DNA from: Cyanobacteria bacterium P01_A01_bin.123
Lineage (GTDB): Bacteria; Cyanobacteriota; Cyanobacteriia; Phormidesmidales; Phormidesmidaceae
Length of the DNA: 10,870 bases
Assembly (NCBI GenBank): GCA_039815185.1
Contig: JBCBZT010000106.1
Coordinates: 1-10,870, forward strand
Direction: 5' to 3'
Positions 7,093 through 10,870 of this stretch are shown one piece after another. The translations under genes and the position numbers were made by a program. The notes beneath the pieces are model-generated. The model did no database searches and was not told the origin of the DNA. It saw nothing but the letters and a program-made list of their open reading frames with translations. Position 1 is the first letter of the stretch, and each line of letters opens with the position of its first letter.

Positions 7093-8697
7093 TTATCCTA
7101 TTGGACCGTCGTGCCTTACGCTACGGCGGTCTTTTGTCGTCTGAGCTTCCGACGTCAGGGGTGCTGGTGCCTCGGATACACGGACAGTACGGTTTAAGGC
7201 TTTTGCCAAAATCTCACTGTTTTGCTGAGCGGCCCAGAGTTCGATTTTGATGTCTCCAGCCCCAGCAACGACAATCTCAATACGCTTGTCTGAAAGGCGA
7301 CAGACAACAGTTTCAACCTGTTGATTTTTAGTACGCTCCAAACCCACCGCTATTCTAAGGAGCCCCGCTAATACCCATATAATCTGACGGTGTTGTTTGG
7401 AGAGGCGCTTAAACTTTTTATGCTTGAGCTTGGGCTTGGCTTTGCGATGGTAGCGAATCACGTGGCCGATCAGCAGCCTTTCCTCATCGGTAAACCCTTT
7501 TGGGCAGGCTTTTTCAATAATGTAGCGCGATTTTTTATGATACCCCTGGAATGTCAAAAATTGACCAATGTCATGCAAAAGTGCGGCATAGTCTAAAATA
7601 TTTCGCTCAAAGTCGCCGTATTGGTGCAAGTCCTGCGTTTGGTCAAATAGCTGCCGTGCCAGGACAGAAATATGACAGTTATGGGTCCAGTCTGATTCAT
7701 ATTTATAAACGAGCTGGGCCGCTTTACGCTGCCGCAAGTTCTCATAGTCTTTTCCTGGCGCTATTTGTTGGGGATGACGTTCTAGGTAGTCTAAAATCAT
7801 CCCTTCTCGTAAAGAGGCATCACACAAGGTAAGTTGTTGAGCATTGGCCATCTGCAGCAGCTGCACTAGCAAAATTCCCCCCAGGTGAATGGTGTCAGTG
7901 CGTTTATCGCTAATACCGCCAAGGTTCGTACGGTTATCGGTTTTGAGCTCAACGAGCCGATCGGTTACCGCTTGCAGCTCACTCAGTTGAACAACTTCAG
8001 CATTAATAGATAGAAGTGACTGTTTACGATTCGCTAAATAGGCGGCTTCGCCCAGGTTACGGATAGTGCCTGAGGTGCCAATAACTTGAGTAAACCCGAT
8101 TGGCTGCACCTTGGCTAAAACGGGCTCAGCGATAAAGCGGATGTGGGCTTCTAGAACACTACGAGCGTCGGTACCCATCGGCCCCTCATCTGCGACCATA
8201 TCTAGCAGCCGCTGCACCCCCAGCTTCATACTGGTGCCAAATAGAACTAAATCGCGGTTGCCTACAACCGCCTCGGTGCTGCCACCGCCGATGTCCAGCA
8301 CTAGCGCATTTCGATCGGCTAGCGGGATTGCGTTGCGCACGGCTAAGAAAATCAGACGGGCTTCTTCTTGTCCTGAAATTATTCGCGGGGTGACCTGGGT
8401 CCGGCGAATCACCTCCCGTAAAAAGGTCTCTCCGTTTTGAGCTTCTCGAATTGCGCTAGTCGCCGCAGTAATAATCTCATCTACGCCCAGCTGTTCTGCA
8501 AGATTGACATATCGCTCAATTGTCTCTAATCCGGCGTGAAAGGCGCGATCGCTAAGTTGATGAGTTGCAAAAACCCCAGCGCCGAGCCTAACCATTTCCT
8601 TCTCACGGTCTATAACCTCAAAATTTCGTTGCTGCAGCACCTGGACCACAATCATATGAATGGAATTGGTTCCTATATCAATAGCAGCTAATTTCAT
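7093..8697 (-). CDS. ppx: Ppx/GppA family exopolyphosphatase with C-terminal HD-like domain
   Basis: 534 aa. ASKHA motifs AAIDIGTNS, ATSAIREA, ISGQEEARL, DIGGGSTE, GTSGT and LREG. C-terminal H...LLHDIG...RYHRK. Confidence 0.95.
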   Translation of the reverse strand: MKLAAIDIGTNSIHMIVVQVLQQRNFEVIDREKEMVRLGAGVFATHQLSDRAFHAGLETIERYVNLAEQLGVDEIITAATSAIREAQNGETFLREVIRRTQVTPRIISGQEEARLIFLAVRNAIPLADRNALVLDIGGGSTEAVVGNRDLVLFGTSMKLGVQRLLDMVADEGPMGTDARSVLEAHIRFIAEPVLAKVQPIGFTQVIGTSGTIRNLGEAAYLANRKQSLLSINAEVVQLSELQAVTDRLVELKTDNRTNLGGISDKRTDTIHLGGILLVQLLQMANAQQLTLCDASLREGMILDYLERHPQQIAPGKDYENLRQRKAAQLVYKYESDWTHNCHISVLARQLFDQTQDLHQYGDFERNILDYAALLHDIGQFLTFQGYHKKSRYIIEKACPKGFTDEERLLIGHVIRYHRKAKPKLKHKKFKRLSKQHRQIIWVLAGLLRIAVGLERTKNQQVETVVCRLSDKRIEIVVAGAGDIKIELWAAQQNSEILAKALNRTVRVSEAPAPLTSEAQTTKDRRSVRHDGPIG

Positions 8698-8722
8698 CGT
8701 ATTTGTGAGGTTATTAGTCTGT

Positions 8723-8728
8723 ATTATA
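8723..8728 (-). promoter_or_regulatory. Candidate -10 element (TATAAT) for ppx
   Basis: Perfect TATAAT on the minus strand 25 nt upstream of the ppx ATG. No recognisable -35. Confidence 0.45.
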
Positions 8729-9005
8729 GGAGGGACCGTGGTTTGGGTGGGGCGTACGTTACTATCCTTGTCCCCAGAGTCCTTTTGCTGACTCCTTCAT
8801 CCGTAGCAAAACCAAAGGCCAGGGTGCACTGCAACGAATAGCGTTCCCTGGCCTGGATGACCTCAAAGAGCCCATAAAATTAAGACATTTTAAGTGGACT
8901 ATTCTCAGCTGCTTCAGGGATGTTTTGCTGGCCGAGCCGCCCAAAGCAAGAGACACCCACAACGTTCAGGCTTCAGAAACCACCCGAGCCAGCCTCTACG
9001 GTTCT

Positions 9006-10870
9006 TTACGTTTGCTCATCATCACCATTAGAAGTGGCATCCCGCATATTCACCTGACGTTCTTTGAGATATCTGACTCTTTCTAGAGATGGAGCGCTGC
9101 CAAGGGTAAGACTCTCAAAAACTGTGATGTTCTCTGGCTCCTCAAAAAAATCTGGATCAAACAGATGTAGAATCCTCCCTGCATAGAACTCCATACATTT
9201 TTTTTCAAAGATCTTTGATCGTAAAGAAGCTATCTGCGCTATGGGTTCAGACGTATTGCGAACAGGTTTTTTCTGAGCATCTCGAAAAAGATCGGCGCAG
9301 CGTAAACAGTTTAGAATCTCATTCACCTTTCTTCTCGACAGGTTGGATTCTGTCTGGACGCTGTCACGAAGACTTTTTGTAATGTCGTTAAAGCTGATAG
9401 TAGATCCGTCCAAGCCTTTAAATAATTTGATTAGTTCGTTAAACACAAATTTTCTAGACTCTGGTGCCAGATTAAGGTTTCCTTTTTTGAAAAAGGTCTC
9501 AAGGCTGTCATCGTCGGATGCTGCCGCAGCTTCTTTTCCAGCCTCTTCCTCTTCCTCACCATTATCGACTAAAGATTGAGAAGCTCCGTGGGTCTCTATG
9601 AGACTCTTTATCCGATCCAAAAAGTTATTCTGGTCTGCAACCGTAATGTCCCAGTGATGAGTCCGAATGTGAGCCTCTGCTTCATCAATATCAAGCACAA
9701 CAAAAATAGCGTTGTCGGAGTTAAGGTCTAACCGTTGACCATGGGTATTAAACTTTTCTATGCCTGCATGATATTGCTGACCCGCCTTACACTCAATTAG
9801 CAGCGGCTTCCCATTGACCAGAAAGAACAAATCGAGTTCCGATAAATCTCCATTTTCATATGCGATTTTCGGATTTCTAAGATACTGGTAGTCAACGCCT
9901 TCTGAGTCAAACAGTTCGACTACTTTGTCATAAATAAAGCGCTCAAACCAACCGCCATCAAAAAAACCTTGTATATCGGGGCGATTGTAGGAATCGGCTA
10001 TGATGAAGTCTGAAGATTCTTTATTTTTAATTAGCCTGCCGTTTAACAAATAATCGCATGATTTGAGTTTTTTAATATATTGGTTATGGATACGTTTAGC
10101 GCGTGCGTCATAGTCTCGTAGGTCAAACCGGGTTCTCTTTCCTACGCTGCTTCTCAACTTTCGATGAAACCCTTTAAGAATGGCATAATTATCGCCAAGA
10201 TAAAGAGACAGTTCATCTAATAAGCCGTCAATTTTAGGATCGGGTTCATAATAGTTTTGAACTTTAATATTTTTACCTTTGAACCACTCCAACACTCGCT
10301 GAGCCGTCTTATCTTCTAAAATTTCTTCTTGATCTGTCGTAGCTGGTTCTTCGATATTATTAAAAGTCTCTTGATCGTTGCCAGGGAGAGCTGGTTCAGT
10401 AGTCAAATTTGCCTGGTTTTCTAATTCTCTCGAAGCTGTCTCAATACGATCAGCATCATTAGAAATGTTATCGTCAGGGCTGACTGAGTTTCTATTAATC
10501 TTTAATTCGAGCTCTGCTAACTTTGTCTGGATACCGTTAATTTCATCCGAGTTTAATGCTGGCTGACTGGAATGTGAACCATCTCTAAGTTCAGTCAGCC
10601 TTGTTTGGTGCTGTTTGCTCGCCAGGAAAACTTTTTCGACGTTTTTTCTATTTTGGGCCGTTACAGCTGTCAGACTGTTTACTTTTATTTGATGTGCGTT
10701 ATTGATTTTTTGTTGCTTAGCCATAAGGTGTCTAAGCCGTCTATCTTGTTGGACATGTCCGGCAGCTACGGCTGCACCGGCCGCCGCGCCTGTTATTGCC
10801 CCTTTTGCTTGACCTGGCATCAACCAAAAGCCAGCTGAACCAAAGAGAATACTTGAAACTAAAACGGTTA
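9006..10870 (-). CDS. Probable membrane-anchored coiled-coil protein with Card1/DUF1887-like PD-(D/E)xK endonuclease domain (5'-truncated by the window edge)
   Basis: The frame stays open past 10823 to the window end, adding hydrophobic TVLVSSILFGSAGFWL. A coiled-coil-like and acidic linker follows, then the nuclease-like core GGWFERF...NPKI...ELDLFFLVNGKPLLIECKAG, and a further C-terminal domain. Confidence 0.8.
   Translation of the reverse strand, partial: TVLVSSILFGSAGFWLMPGQAKGAITGAAAGAAVAAGHVQQDRRLRHLMAKQQKINNAHQIKVNSLTAVTAQNRKNVEKVFLASKQHQTRLTELRDGSHSSQPALNSDEINGIQTKLAELELKINRNSVSPDDNISNDADRIETASRELENQANLTTEPALPGNDQETFNNIEEPATTDQEEILEDKTAQRVLEWFKGKNIKVQNYYEPDPKIDGLLDELSLYLGDNYAILKGFHRKLRSSVGKRTRFDLRDYDARAKRIHNQYIKKLKSCDYLLNGRLIKNKESSDFIIADSYNRPDIQGFFDGGWFERFIYDKVVELFDSEGVDYQYLRNPKIAYENGDLSELDLFFLVNGKPLLIECKAGQQYHAGIEKFNTHGQRLDLNSDNAIFVVLDIDEAEAHIRTHHWDITVADQNNFLDRIKSLIETHGASQSLVDNGEEEEEAGKEAAAASDDDSLETFFKKGNLNLAPESRKFVFNELIKLFKGLDGSTISFNDITKSLRDSVQTESNLSRRKVNEILNCLRCADLFRDAQKKPVRNTSEPIAQIASLRSKIFEKKCMEFYAGRILHLFDPDFFEEPENITVFESLTLGSAPSLERVRYLKERQVNMRDATSNGDDEQT

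Larger units (their letters stand above)
787..8552. repeat. HIP1 octamer GCGATCGC, 7 dispersed copies
   Basis: Found by eye at 787, 1129, 3756, 4508, 5266, 5618 and 8545. None seen from 8553 to 10870. Confidence 0.85.

Noticed and set aside
8762..8962. 66-aa minus-strand ORF between ppx and the nuclease gene
   Set aside because: Non-ATG start, no SD, and no recognisable composition or motif.
4398..10870. CRISPR array, tRNA or IS element
   Set aside because: No regularly spaced repeats, cloverleaf, transposase ORF or terminal inverted repeats with target duplication were seen.

Overview
Cyanobacterial chromosomal window. Seven HIP1 octamers (GCGATCGC) and a PEP-CTERM gene suggest a lineage other than marine picocyanobacteria, possibly filamentous (inference). 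It begins inside psaA, continues through psaB and a strong terminator, then enters an accessory region. That region holds an intergenic stretch with several unexplained motifs, a multi-pass membrane protein, and an 81-aa hypothetical gene preceded by a promoter, a palindrome and a multi-hairpin leader. A PEP-CTERM surface protein and a convergent Ppx/GppA exopolyphosphatase follow. The window ends in an AT-richer, 5'-truncated gene for a probably membrane-anchored protein with a Card1/DUF1887-like PD-(D/E)xK nuclease domain. The most interesting items are the 5641-6148 promoter/leader/small-ORF module, the stand-alone nuclease, and unusual substitutions in the PSI core proteins.
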